Shown here piece after piece: positions 1 to 12,880 of a stretch of 64,000 nt of DNA (the stretch's first letter is position 1; each line of letters opens with the position of its first letter). The translations under genes and the position numbers were made by a program. The DNA comes from Octopus bimaculoides (lineage: Eukaryota), in assembly GCF_001194135.2 (NCBI RefSeq), contig NC_068990.1:65319191-65383190 (forward strand), written 5' to 3'. The notes under the pieces are model-generated. The model had not been told where the DNA came from. It saw only the letters and a program-made list of their open reading frames with translations, and did no database searches.

Positions 1-238
1 TATATATATATAAGTAATGGAGTTACAGTCTAATGACTGAAACAAGTAAAAGATTATATATATATGTATATATATATATATATATATAATGTAGGAAGTG
101 TAAAATCTAAGCTGTATCCTGTTGAAAATCATCTGCTTATTCCAGTATTACAATCTAGTTTGTAATTGTTGTATTAATATGAGGTACATATTAGAGTTGA
201 AAAGTTTGGAAATACTGTTTGCAGAATTATTATATTAC

Positions 239-541
239 AAAACAGGAAGTTGGAAAATTTTTCAGTATTGTTTATTTACCATTATAAATGTTTCATTTGC
301 TAATAGGAATAACAAAAGTTGTGTATGTTGGAAAAAACATGTAAGAAATTTCCTTTTAGAAATTCTTCAGACAGACAATCAAATAGAAATAATATATTGA
401 TTCTCTGTCTGAAGAATTTCTAATAGAAAATTTCTGACGTTTTTTTTTCCCCAACATGTACAACTTTGTGATTCCTATTAGCAAATGAAACATTTACAAT
501 GGTGAATAAATAGTACCAAAAAATTTCTAAATTACTGTTTT
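239..541. repeat. Foldback palindrome (MITE-like), about 144-bp arms and a 14-nt loop
   Basis: 239-382 is the reverse complement of 397-541. The inner 39 bp (344-382 vs 397-435) match at 36/39. Confidence 0.9.
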
Positions 542-575
542 CTTATATATATGTGTGCATGTGTGTGTGTGTGTG

Positions 576-609
<34 letters not shown>

Positions 610-1449
610 GTGTTGTGTGTGCATGTGCATGTGTGTATGTATGTATAAGAGAAATAGAAGAATATGGGCATAATTTGGTACTCCTTTATTACAATTGTTA
701 CATATGTTTCAGTATTCTGCAGCACATGTTATCACTCTACAGATGCAACCAGTAAATGCAAACTATAGGGCAAGCAGGAAGCAAAGATATTGTCAGACAA
801 CTGAAAAAAAATATGATTGTCTGATAATGTGTGTTGTGTTTGCTCCATGCTGGCCCTGTAAGCTGCATCTGTAGCGTGATGCCTTGTGTTACTGAATACT
901 AAAAAAATATGTAACAATTGGAATAAAGAATTACTGAGTTATGTCCAATGTTTTTTTCTCTTATTTTTATTACTGTGCCCTTTGTATTACATTATAGCCC
1001 ACCATCGGATATGGAATACTTGTGTGTACAAGTGATGGTGGGAGTTTGACACAATTAACATTAGATCCAAAATTTGAATGGTTTAATTTTCATGTCAAAA
1101 ACAACCTGTCATACCTACACTCTCACACACACACTTACACTCACATACATACACACATATATGCACACATCGATACACATACTTGTATTCGCTTTATAAC
1201 TTCAAACAATAAAACCTGGTATCAAAATAATAAAGATCTATACTTTACTATTTCATTTTGATTCATGCAATTATATGTAAAAATCCTCCAAAAAACTATT
1301 AAATTTCATTAATGTGTTCATCTAGTTGGTCTCATTAAAAACAAAATGAATATTTATTTATTATGTCACAAATTTAATTTCATTTATGATATCTATTAAA
1401 AGTAAAAATAAATATTAACTCACTTTTACTAGTTCAATATTGTTCTTAC

Positions 1450-1521
1450 TGGGTGTTACAATTTCTGATTGGTACCGAAAATTATCATCAAAATTTGGAA
1501 GTTTTGCCTTATAGAGTTTTC
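1450..1521 (-). CDS. Coding exon 15 (gene continues beyond it)
   Basis: tttttatttattaaag| after a 101-nt intron ... CCCA|gtaaga; 72 nt, phase 1/1. KLYKAKLPNFDDNFRYQSEIVTP. No stop reached and I found no convincing downstream exon in 1..1449. Confidence 0.75.
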
Positions 1522-1622
1522 CTTTAATAAATAAAAACAGAATGCAAATACTTCATCACAGTGAAATGTACAGTTTATAATGTAAATCGATATCTTGATG
1601 CTAAAAACATAAAGATATTTAC

Positions 1623-1665
1623 CTGCATCCAGTCTAACATGTAGACCTATGTATTCTGCTTTAAT
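1623..1665 (-). CDS. Coding exon 14
   Basis: ttatatatttttacacag| ... GCAG|gtaaat; 43 nt, phase 0/1. IKAEYIGLHVRLDA(G). Confidence 0.75.
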
Positions 1666-3559
1666 CTGTGTAAAAATATATAAAGGAAAACAACAAATTT
1701 TGGAAAACAGAAAAATTTTCATTTTTTAATTCAAATAAAATAATTTTTAGGTTGTTACATTTATGTATTTGTCTTGTAAGACTCTTGATGTGGAATTGTG
1801 TGTTGAAACAAGTATTGTTATATTAGGGGATGGTCATTTTTAAGTTCATGCACGAATAACAAATAGCATAAACAACTTAATATAACCTGTCATTTGCTAT
1901 GTTTGTGGATGCTTTTTTTCATTCTGTAAGACCATCCTTCCACAAAATCAACCTCATCAGATGAAATAGCATATGAAGTAACCATCTTTTCATACTTGTA
2001 TGATAAAATGATTAAATTTAAACATTACTGCATGTATTTTAAGAACATTTTTGGTGTACTCTTTACAGTAGTGAAATATAGTACAAATGGTTGCAGTTGC
2101 ACAAATCCAAATGCACACTTAAATACATGAACTCTTGTTTACACTAGGAAATCAAAAAAAGTCACTGCAGATGGCCAGTCAGACTAGTAAATATGTAGTT
2201 ATATTTGTTCTTACTATAACTTAAATAACATTATTAAGAATCCAAGAGATGGTTAGTAATTTCAGGTTCATGATTTGATTTGTGCTAGATTCTTCAGTTA
2301 CAATATAGTTGTTTATTACATGCTCTCTTAAAATTCTTTGATTATGAGCTCACTATTTTACATACTTAAATGATTTTTTTTCTAAATTTCCATGTAACTC
2401 ACTAAGTCTCATATATCTCTTTATTTAAAATGACTGTTCTTAAACCAAGTGAAAGAAACAATTGTTCTGTTATAGATGTTTTCAATAGCATTTGGTTAAT
2501 AAGCCTACATTTTTATCTGGCATTTTATATTTCATTTTGATCAATATATTCAGGTGTTCTATTTCTAAATATACACAAATACTTTGGCTAGGTTTGAACT
2601 AAGAAGTTTTTGTCTATTCATATTGTAGAAAGGATTATTTTAAGTGGTTTTAATAGGTTTATGTCACAAGCCATAAGGGAAGATGTTTGTCAAATTTGAC
2701 AACTTTGTAAAATGATTAAGTCTATTTCATGCCAACTGGCTCATTTACTGAGAGCTTATTTCAGGTACCTGAGGTATTTCAGAGATTAAGAGTACATAAT
2801 TTACCCTGACAGAAACCAATTTATCACAAAGTTAAACCCCAAACAGTTACTGGTACTCTTGTGGAGCTGAATAGACTGAAGCAACATGAAGTAAAGTGCC
2901 TTGCTCAAGGACACAACATGACACTAGGTCCAGTAACTAAACCATGATTATTAGATCATGAGTTCAACACCTTAAGCACTCTTTTTCTGTCTCAGTCATG
3001 ATACAAGCTTTGATCATGGTAGCAGGGCTTGTATATCCCTATAATACAAGGAGTTATACCAGTGAAAATTGATCTAATCCAGTTGAGCAGGTCTAAGTAC
3101 AGGATCACACTAAATGAGAATCACAGTCAGAATCCTTGGGAATGTACAGATTTTGGTGGAGAAATCAATTAAGCAATGATTGATGGAGAAACTCACAAAA
3201 TGCAGAATTTGGAATTGTATTGCTGGCATTGACTAGTGCTGTCTAGTTCTGAATGTGAGCAATGACTTACATCCACAGAACTGGCAACCATAGGTATTAT
3301 TCAACCATTGAAAGATTTAATATGACTTTAATGCTGCCTAGATATTCATCTTGCATCACTTATCACATGATCAAACAAGGAACATGTTCTGCTGTGGTTT
3401 TGGTTTCTACTAGTATTTGAAAAATCAACTATAGAACCTAAAAACAAATCTATATTACTTAAATGTAAATGTCCTATGATATTTTCAATTTTGAATGCTT
3501 ACATTCTGAATGCAATTTATCAGTTTATTGAATTATCAACTAGAGCAGTTGTTGTCAAC

Positions 3560-4870
3560 ATTGAAATGAAGAGCATCCTCAACAAATACCAAGGTACATT
3601 GTTTTGATAGAAGGAGATATAAGTTTGCAAATTGATGTAATAAATATCACAAATATACATTTGAAAAAATCATCTAATAGAAATGGATAGCATTTGCAGA
3701 AATTTGTATTAGATATGGATTATTATTGATTAAATTTTTTAAAAATTCTAGAAAAAATGGTAAATTATAGATATGCATTTGTTCAATAACCAGTTAAATC
3801 TCAATTGCAAGATTAATAATAACATATGTTCAAACAAAAACTCTTCCTATCATTCCGTTGTTTATAGATTTGTCTAAAGCTTTTGACTTAATTCACAGAA
3901 ATATGATGCAGCAAATTCTACTAGCCAATGAAATCCTTCACGAAATAGTAGTTACAAAAATGATGCTCTACAAAACACTTGAGCCAATATGTGTTCACCT
4001 GATGGAGACAAATTTTTTAGTCGTTCTTGCAGATTTTTCATAAGGAGATATCCTAGCACCTTTCTTATTCAAAATCTGTCTTGATTATGCTCACCACATT
4101 TTAGGAAATTACAAAAAGATACTTGGCTTTATCCTCACAAAATAAAAAAAGCTCCAGATATCCAATTCAACAATAAAAATGAAAATTATGCTGATAACTT
4201 AGTCCTATATAGTAACCATTATCCTATTTCAAAGACTGGAAGAGCTGCAAGAGGCATTGGTTTCTATATTAACTCTAGTAAAATAGAATTCATCAGTTAA
4301 AATTTATAAAGTACAACAACCTCATTATCTGGAAGTTCAATTAAACCATCAAATTCCTTTATGTACCTTGGAAACAACATAACATCTTCAGTGTCAGATG
4401 CTTAGATATGTATCAGCAAAATTTGGGAAGCATTTAAAATCTCATGTAATATGGAAATCTAAGCAACCAGGAGATTGTAAAAGAAACTTCATTTGCTTAG
4501 TGATTGAATCTTGGTTGTTTCATGGCTCTTTCACCTGGACGCTAACCAAAAAATTTGAAACCATGCTAGATGGCACTGATACATGTATGATTCATGCCAT
4601 TTTGAATATGTCCTAGAAAGAATTTCCAAACAAAGAAAAATTATACAATATACCTCCTAAAGTATTCAAGAAAGAAGAGTTCATGTTGCTGGTTAGTGAC
4701 ATCCAACTATGGACACCCAAACAAATTAAAATTACATTAGTTTACCCAGCAAAGACATACAGTGATCATTTAAGTGATGACTCTGGACAGTACCAAGAGT
4801 AATTGTCACACGCCCTGGAAGATAAAGATAGATGGAAAATCAGAGTAATCTGAATTCAAGCAAACTCAAC
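3560..4870 (+). mobile_element. Degenerate RTE-type LINE, RT fragment
   Basis: FIDLSKAFDLIHR and GDILAPFLF-like motifs in broken frames. Boundaries approximate. Confidence 0.7.
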
Positions 4871-4907
4871 CTGATGATAATAATGGCGATGATAAATTGC
4901 TTAATAG

Positions 4908-5228
4908 GCGCAGAAGTGGCTGTGTGCTAAGTAGCTTGCTTACCAACCACATGGTTCCAGGTTCATTCCCACTGCGTGGCATCTTGGGCAAGTGTCTTCT
5001 ACTATAGCCTCGGGCCAACCAAAGCCTTGTGAGTGGATTTGGTAGACGGAAATTGAAAGAAGCCCGTGTGTTTACGTTCCCGTAACTTAGCGGTTCAGCA
5101 AAAGAGACTGATAAAATAAGTACTAGGCTTCCAAAGAATAAGTCTTGGGGTCGATTTGCTCGACTAAAGGCGGTGCTCCAGCATGGCCACAGTCAAATGA
5201 CTGAAACAAGTAAAAGAGTAAAAGAGTA
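4908..5228 (+). mobile_element. tRNA-derived SINE of the abundant family (resembles the Octopus OK-type SINE)
   Basis: tRNA-like head (gtggctgtgtgctaag...ggttccaggttcattccc) and tail cagcatggccacagtc...actgaaacaagtaaaagag. Related copies or fragments at about 11880-12268(-), 17690-18065(-), 22325-22480(+), 50470-50895(-), 52725-52960(+), 53510-53680(+), 54880-55100, 57270-57500 and 57770-57950. Confidence 0.8.
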
Positions 5229-5921
5229 ATTAACTGCTCAACATCATGCACAGGACAGGTTTAATATGTTCATCTGATTGTTCCTAGTTGTGATATAATG
5301 ATCTCGATGTTTTTCTTTGGTTCTTTGACTATATTGAAAACTCTATCCTACAATGTTGTTTGATTTATATTTTTGCATTATGCATGTTCAACTAATTTAT
5401 TGATTGTTAGAAAATGAAAAATTTCACTGCCCTATTTTGAGATTAAGTGCTTTACTCTTGTAAGTTCTGCAACAAAGTGGATGCTATAAATACAATTATT
5501 TAATTTTCTTACTCTTGGATAGACTTTATTAATTTTGAACAGTCTTTCAATTTTATAAAATCTAGATATTTTCCATCTACTCAGTCATACCGTTGCAGTA
5601 AGTTACCATATATTTATAACTTTCTAACTTACACAAACTCTGATATTACAGAACTGACTATCAGTTATGTAGCCCAAGTTGTTTCTAAATAAATATTATT
5701 TCCTCACCTATATATATCTCAAATACTTATATGTTTTCTTTACTATCTTGCAAAAATTGATTAGAATTGGCATGGACAATTTGTTGATCAGATCTATTAC
5801 ATAATTTCCAAATAAGCATATAACTTTATAAACATATAATAAACACATAAATATATTCCTACATGTCATTAAAAAGATAAAAGTGAAAATCAAAAGCATT
5901 TTCATAACAAAAAATACTTAC

Positions 5922-6019
5922 ATTTCCAACACTAACAGTAAAGATGAACTCCCTCTGAGCAATTGCACTACTTAATGTTTGAAATGCCGTTCGAAGAGTA
6001 GAACCTTGACTTTTAGTTC
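5922..6019 (-). CDS. Coding exon 13
   Basis: ttgtttttgctaatttcag| ... AAT|gtaagt; 98 nt, phase 1/0. TKSQGSTLRTAFQTLSSAIAQREFIFTVSVGN. Lies inside ORF 5859..6215. Confidence 0.85.
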
Positions 6020-6876
6020 CTGAAATTAGCAAAAACAAATCAGAAATATTTGTTTCTAAACTGATATTTCTTATAGTTTTGATGAAGAATTGTCCTTTCT
6101 TCTTCAAATTACTTGAAATTAAATGTTTTTTAGGTGTTTTTATTATCATTACAATCTTGTAGTGCCACCTTCTGAATAAGACGTGAACAAGTTGTAATAG
6201 AATTCCATCTTTCAACTGTAAATTAGTTTTTATAACTTTCTTTTATATTTGCATCTACTGTTGAGCCAGTTTACTTTGGTATGCATTTTTCATGTACATG
6301 AGTTGTAGGGTTGTTTCAGGATAATTTTTCAAAGACTGTGTAGAATATTAATTATGGAATATGAATTTCTAGTGCAGTAAAACAGTAGAAAATGTCAGTT
6401 ACAAATTCAATTTCCAATGACAGCTACTGACTTTTTCAAGATAGATTCAATTTGCTTTTGGAAGAATTTCCAATTTCTTGTAGAAAATGTATCACACACA
6501 TGAATTCATATGAATATAACACTGATTTGGAAAATATTATCCTCTATTTTTTGTATGTTTAAATTGCTTGATTATAAATCATTTTGCAAGTCATTTTTGT
6601 ATATGTACAATCAAATTCATTTTTCTAATTTCTTTTATATATATATATACTTTATTAAAAAAGCAGCAAAAAAAAATCACAGAAACTGTTACTCAGAGTT
6701 TCACATTCCTGTTCTTCGGACAGTTTTGTTTAGAATGAAACAAAATAAGGTTATAAGCATAAATATACAATTACTTTGATAGATACACATTTGAAAAGGG
6801 TTTTGTTTATTACTCTACCTCCAGTATTCAAATACCATTTTTTCCACATTGTTTTGCATTTATGAGCTTACTCTAG

Positions 6877-6909
<33 letters not shown>

Positions 6910-7039
6910 TATAGTTCTTAAATTTGACAAGAAAAAGCATATATGCATATATACACACACACATATATATACATATATGCACACACACACACACACACAC
7001 GCATACACACACACACACATATGTATATATACACACACA

Positions 7040-7240
7040 CATATTATGATTGACCGTTGACTGAACACTATTCAATTTTTTTTCTCCGTGTTTTTCTCCT
7101 TGTCTCCGTATTTTTTCTGTTGAAGAGCGTAGCTCGAAACGTCAAAGACTTTCCGTATTCCCGAGCGTCATACTAATATATCCTTTTGTTATTTACACCA
7201 CCTGTCCTCGTCTGTTGTTATTATTTGTATATTCTCCCAC
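7040..7240 (+). mobile_element. Penelope-type terminal-repeat remnant with a minimal hammerhead-like motif
   Basis: Short non-coding unit between (TA)/(CA) microsatellites containing CTGTTGA-A-GAGC-GTA-GCTC-GAA-ACGT-C-AAAGA (7117-7148). Confidence 0.5.
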
Positions 7241-7524
7241 ATATGTATATATACATATATATGTATATATATAATGTATATATATATATATAAATCTACT
7301 AAAATTACTTAACCTCCCTAGCTAACCTGTTATGAGGAATTTCAACCATGTTTCGTGGTCTGCTACCACAACAGCTCCTTTATAGGATCCAGTTAGCTCA
7401 AGACATCATCAGGAGGAACCACGTCCGGTTTCGGCCCCTACTCCTCTACCGTTTTGACGTGGCGGGGCCCCTCCTTTCGGAGGTGTCTTCAACCTTTCTA
7501 TCAACCTCTCTATCAACCTTTCTT

Positions 7525-9590
7525 TTTTCCTTATTGCATACTTTGTTGTCACTTGGGCATGCTATATTTGTGATCCAGCATCGTTTGCTTTCTTTCTCAA
7601 TTAACACTATGCCTGGTTTCATATTCTCTATCTCATCATTGCACTGAATCATAAAATCCCATAAGATCTTCGCATTATCATTTTCGATGATGCTTCGGGT
7701 TTATGTGCATACCACATTTTACTCTGTCAAGTCCATACTTGTTGCAAAGTGTCCAATGGATAATCCTTGCTATATTGTCATGACGTCTCTTATATTCTCT
7801 TTGGGCTAGTGGCATGCATTGACTGGTAATATGCCCTATAGTTTCACCATTTTGTCCACAAATTCTGCACATATCACTCTCTGATGTGTTATCTGTTCAG
7901 TATTTGATGCAATTGGTTCTTAATGCTTACTCTTGGGCAGCACAGATCAGAGCCTTTGTTTCCACTTTTAAATTACTTTTAGTCATCCATAGCCATCTTT
8001 TTTCACTGCCTGTCTTACCTTCAGCACCCCTATGAAATTGTCCATGCATTCTTTTCTTTATCCACCTATTTTCAGTTTCATTCATTCTCAAGTTCTTGTA
8101 CAGTGCTTTATCTTTGCAATCTTCCATCCTACACAAGCCTGATCTTCTTACTTCCAATATTAGCAGTTCTGTGTCATTTTTTACATACCGTGCTATGTTG
8201 TTTTCTTCTGCTCTAATGCTATGTTCATATCCAATCAGTCCACTTCCCCCTTTTTCTCTTGGTACATATAGTTTGTCTGTGTAACTTTTTGGATGGAGTA
8301 TCCCATATCTAATCAGCAATTTCCTTGTCTTTCTGTCTAATCTGTTTAATTCGTCTACCATCCATGTGATTACCCCTGCTCCATATCTAAGGAGTGAAAC
8401 TGCCCAGCTTCAATCTTATTCTGTCTGTTTAATTTCGACTTAAGGATTAGTCTCAGTCTGCACAAGTACTCCACCTTAAATTTTTCTGTCATTTCTTTCT
8501 CCATGAATTTATCCATTTCTCAAATCCCCAAGTACTTATAACCCATCTCTTCTATCTGTTTCATAACATACTCTGATAGTATCGCTAGCCCGTCCATACA
8601 TCTGATTTTTCACCTCTTCAAGACTAATACACCACACTTTTTCAGTTCAAACTTCATTCTGATATCAGCACTGAAAGTATACACCTTATCAACGAGGGAA
8701 CTGACTTGGGATTCATCTTTACCATAAAGTGGTTGACATTTTGTTGGTGGCTCTTGAATACATACTCAGCTTTTGCTTTCTTCAGAATCAGTGTTAATGG
8801 TATCATGCACAGTACAAAGATCCCTAAACTTCTTCCATATGCTGTCAGTTCTGTCCTGCACCATACTCTTTCCTAGCAATCGTTCAACATTTGATACAAT
8901 ACCAAATAGGTTCATACATTCCATAATCCAAGAATGGGGAATCATATCGTATGATAATCAATCCATGACATGGCTAAGTTTTCCTCTTCTTTCAGTCTCT
9001 AAGTACAGTTTTGTCTATCAGGAGTCGATCCTTGGTACCTCTGCACTTACACTTGCAACCCTTCTGCTCATGTGGCAGGGCTCCATTTTTTTCCAGATGT
9101 CTGTACATTGACTCTGTGACTATCCCAGTCAATAATTTCCACATAAGTGGTAGGCAGGACATTGGCCTGTAATTGTCTATCGTATTGCCTTTTCTGGTGT
9201 TTTTCAAGCACAGCACTGTCTTACCCATTGTCAACTACTCTGGTGTTACTTGGTTGGCATTTAAAAAGGTATTGAGTTGTACAGCTATTTGTGCATGACA
9301 TTCACCAAATTTTTTGATCCAGTAGCCTTGAACTCTATCTAGTCCTGGGGCCTTCCAGTTACCCATTTTTTTTTTGCTGATTTCTTCAAATCTGTAACTT
9401 TCAAAGCCTGTGACAATAATTTGATGCCTCTATGACTTCTTCTCTCCAGGGTATTTCCGTTGCCTTTTGCCATGAGGGACCAAGTACCTTTGCTGCCTTC
9501 ATATCCTTAATTATTCTATCTACTATACTGCTGTCAACTTGGATGGCTGCTTCCTCTGTTTGGTCTACTTGGTTCCAAAAGAAGATTATC
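7525..9590 (-). mobile_element. R4/Dong-like non-LTR retrotransposon (RT + CCHC + restriction-like endonuclease), fragmented
   Basis: ORF pieces [65 protein letters not shown], and KPGIVLIEKESKRCWITNIACP (PD..D-type REL motif). Confidence 0.85.
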
Positions 9591-9671
9591 TATATATTCA
9601 GTTATATTTCTTTTTTAGCATTACATATTTTTAAAGTCAACAGACCCGTGAAGCAGTGTGATTAGTTGATA

Positions 9672-10392
9672 TGAGGTGGTATCAAAAGATTCCTGGATCT
9701 CGACAACAGAGTTAAAATGGTGACCTTTGGGCTGCATTTTCAGGTGGAAGTCTTCAGGTGCTAAATCTGGCAAATAGGGTGGGTGTAGAAGCAATACCAT
9801 GTTTTTGATGAGAAACTCTTGAGTGAGGAGAGCTCAGTGACAAGGTGCATTGTTATCATGAAGAATTCATTTCTTCATACTCCACAGATCCCGTCACGCT
9901 TGCTGAATGTCCTCTCTCAAATGCTTCAAAATGTTGCAGTAGAACTCTTGATTGATGGCCTGGCCCTAGGACATGAATTCTCAATTCACAATACCATATT
10001 TCTGGGGGTGACATTCGTGGCAGGTCTTCCAGATCACTCATCATCTTTCAGGGACATTCTTCTGCTTTTGAAGCACCTGTGCTACTCGAAACATTGCATA
10101 TGACCCATTGCCTCATCACCATAAGCTTGCCAAAGCATGCTCAATGTCTCTGTAGCAGACTTCACAAAATTTCACGTTGGCCCTTTGTTTCTGTCCATGA
10201 TAAAATTGCAGGCTACAGCATATATATGATCACAAAAGCATAAATTTCACAACTTGCGAAGTAAACACAGCAATGTCACTCAACACACTGCCTCATGAAG
10301 GTCACTGCTAGCTCTCACTGTGCATGCAACCATATGCTGTCATCTGTTGGTGCACTATAGAACTAGTTCGGGAACTTTTTGATACCACCTTG
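9672..10392 (-). mobile_element. Internally deleted mariner element
   Basis: Imperfect TIRs gaggtggtatcaaaagattcc and (reverse complement) aaggtggtatcaaaaagttcc. Minus-strand remnants LHDNNAPCH and HPPYLPDLAPEDF. Confidence 0.75.
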
Positions 10393-11565
10393 TTGCTGCT
10401 AGAATATATTAGTATACAATTAGACTTAAACAAACGTATGTTTAAAATGCTGCCTGTTAACTTGGAGCAGTAATGTCTTTACATGGAGACCAAATTGAAA
10501 TCACATGTTATATACCAGCATAGTAAATTCTACAATGAATGATAGTGTGCTGAGAGATATGTACAAACACAATGCAAGTAAACATGCAATTAAATCCATG
10601 TAAATAGTTTAAAATTATTATTATGTTGATTTGGATATGTTGTTTACTACATATAATGTAAAACCTAGCTAAGATTCAATCAACCACTCTCTCAACTTGC
10701 TCACAGTATACTTCAGTATCTTCTACTTGTGCTTATTTTATTAATATCTTATCTACATAAAGAACAAGAAAAATTTTTCATGTGTCACAATTCATTATCT
10801 TAGCTTCAAATATATAAGGAAAAGAAAGGTCATTGTTTGGTTTTTGTCCTACTTTTCAACAGAGACACAACACAGAGATGAATACATTTTAGCTCTCTTT
10901 CTAGCTGAAAGAATTAAATGGTCCTAACTATGCCCTGAGCACAAACAAAACCAGCATCAGTTGCCACTGCTGCTGCCACCACCGCCACTGCCACCACCAC
11001 AACACCACCAACACCATAACCTCAGAATGCTGAATCTTTCAGATGAGTTGACAAAGGACCAAGATACCTGGTGCCTTGCTGTACTCATGAAGACTCATCC
11101 TCCACAGCAGAAGTGCTAGGGCTGCATGCCCTGGTGAGGAGGATTGACCTGCAAGAATCCTGTGTTGGTGCCACATAAAAAGCACTTGTGCTGGTGTTAT
11201 GTAAGTGGCACTCTTGCCAGTCCCACATAAAAGCACACACTGTAAAGTGGCTAGTGTTAGGAAGGGCATCCAGCCATAAAAAAACCAAGCCAAATCAGAT
11301 GGGAACCTGGTGCAGCTTTCCAGCTCTGGTTAAACTGTTCAACACATACTAGCATGGAAAACAGAGGTTAAAGGATGATGATGATGAGGAGGAGGATGAT
11401 GAAACTCGTCACTCTTCAAACCCAATAACTCTGTAAGACTTCATTTTACAAAGAAATTTAACACATTTCACTGTTACCTTTGAATCCATTGTTACATGCA
11501 TATGCAGAACATTTATGATAACATAAAACTAAATATTCTGATGCAAAGTAAAGTTTGATACTTAC

Positions 11566-11727
11566 CTTCAGGTGTATTGTCCAGGATACTTGCATATAAA
11601 TACATTAAGTTAGCATCGTAAGACAATTGAACATTTTGTATTTGAAGAGCATCAATGCTCAAAAGTTTCCGAATCATTGCTTTCCCTAGTGTTTCAATTA
11701 CCTCTTTTGTAGATTTGATGTAGTTAC
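11566..11727 (-). CDS. Coding exon 12
   Basis: tttgtttcgttaaag| ... GAAG|gtaagt; 162 nt, phase 1/1. NYIKSTKEVIETLGKAMIRKLLSIDALQIQNVQLSYDANLMYLYASILDNTPE(G). Confidence 0.9.
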
Positions 11728-12369
11728 CTTTAACGAAACAAATATGATTAGTCAGATGAAATTTACATATTTTTGAAGTGATTTATCATTAAAATAGTAA
11801 AGACTGATTGACAATTGTCCACTTTAATTTCTATTTACATGTTTCGATTGGTATAATCTTGTGACATCTTTTATCTTTTATATTTTTTCAGTCATTATAC
11901 TGTGGCCATGCTGGGGCACTGCCTTGACAAATTTCAATTGAATGAATCAATCCCAGTATTTATTTTTTCAAAGGCTGGTACTTATTCTATCTGTCTGTTT
12001 TGCCAAACCACTAAGTTATGAGGATGTAAACACATCAACATCAGTTGTCAAGAAGTGGACACGGATGCACACACACACACACACACACACACACGTCTGA
12101 CAGGCTTCCTTCAGTTTCCATCTACCACATCCACTCACAAAGCTTTTGGTCAGCTTGAGGCTATAGTAGAAGACACTTATCCAAGGTGCCACACAATGAG
12201 ATTGAACCTGGAACCATGTGGTTGGGAAGCAAACTTATTATCACATGGTCACATCTGCGCCTACGATTAAGTACTCTTTTACATTTTATCTTTTACGTGC
12301 CTCAATCTCTTGACTCTGACTATGCTGGGTCATTGCCTTGAAGAATTTTTGTCAAGCAAATCGACCCCT

Positions 12370-12880
12370 GTGCTTATTCTTATTTTAAAGCCTAGTCTAT
12401 TGTCTTTTTTGCTGAATTGCTAAGTTATGGGAATGTAAACACACCAACACCAGTTGTCAAACGGGGACACACAAACACACACATGCACAGACATATTCTT
12501 ATTTTAAAGCCTAGTCTATTGTCTTTTTTGCTGAATTGCTAAGTTATGNNNNNNNNNNTGAATTGCTAAGTTATGGGAATGTAAACACACCAACACCAGT
12601 TGTCAAACGGGGACACACAAACACACACATGCACAGACATATTCTTATTTTAAAGCCTAGTCTATTGTCTTTTTTGCTGAATTGCTAAGTTATGGGAATG
12701 TAAACACACCAACACCAGTTGTCAAACGGGGGCACACAAACACACACATGCACGGACATATTCTTATTTTAAAGCCTAGTCTATTGCCTTTTTTGCTGAA
12801 TTGCTAAGTTATGGGAATGTAAACACACCAACACCAGTTGTCAAACGGGGACACACAAACACACACATGCACGGACATAT
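12370..12880. repeat. 119-bp tandem array derived from a SINE segment
   Basis: Unit atattcttattttaaagcctagtctattg...cacacatgcacRgac recurs (e.g. 12639 and 12758), about 4 copies, with a 10-N gap inside. Confidence 0.85.

Noticed and set aside
1360-1392. Possible next exon after a 57-nt intron (NIINEIKFVT-stop)
   Set aside because: The intron is very short, there is an immediate stop and no lobe-like sequence. Not supported.
6093-6216. Apparent acceptor tttacag at 6216 (ORF 5859..6215; or VERWNSITTCSRLIQKVALQDC in phase 1)
   Set aside because: The phase-1 reading reaches a stop and no strong donor links it in frame to exon 13, while exon 12 joins exon 13 directly. It could still be a minor alternative terminal exon.
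7410-7495. HDV-like or twister ribozyme fold for the GC island
   Set aside because: The P1.1/L3/P2 topology and the twister pseudoknot motifs could not be assembled on either strand. Kept only as an unexplained structured region.
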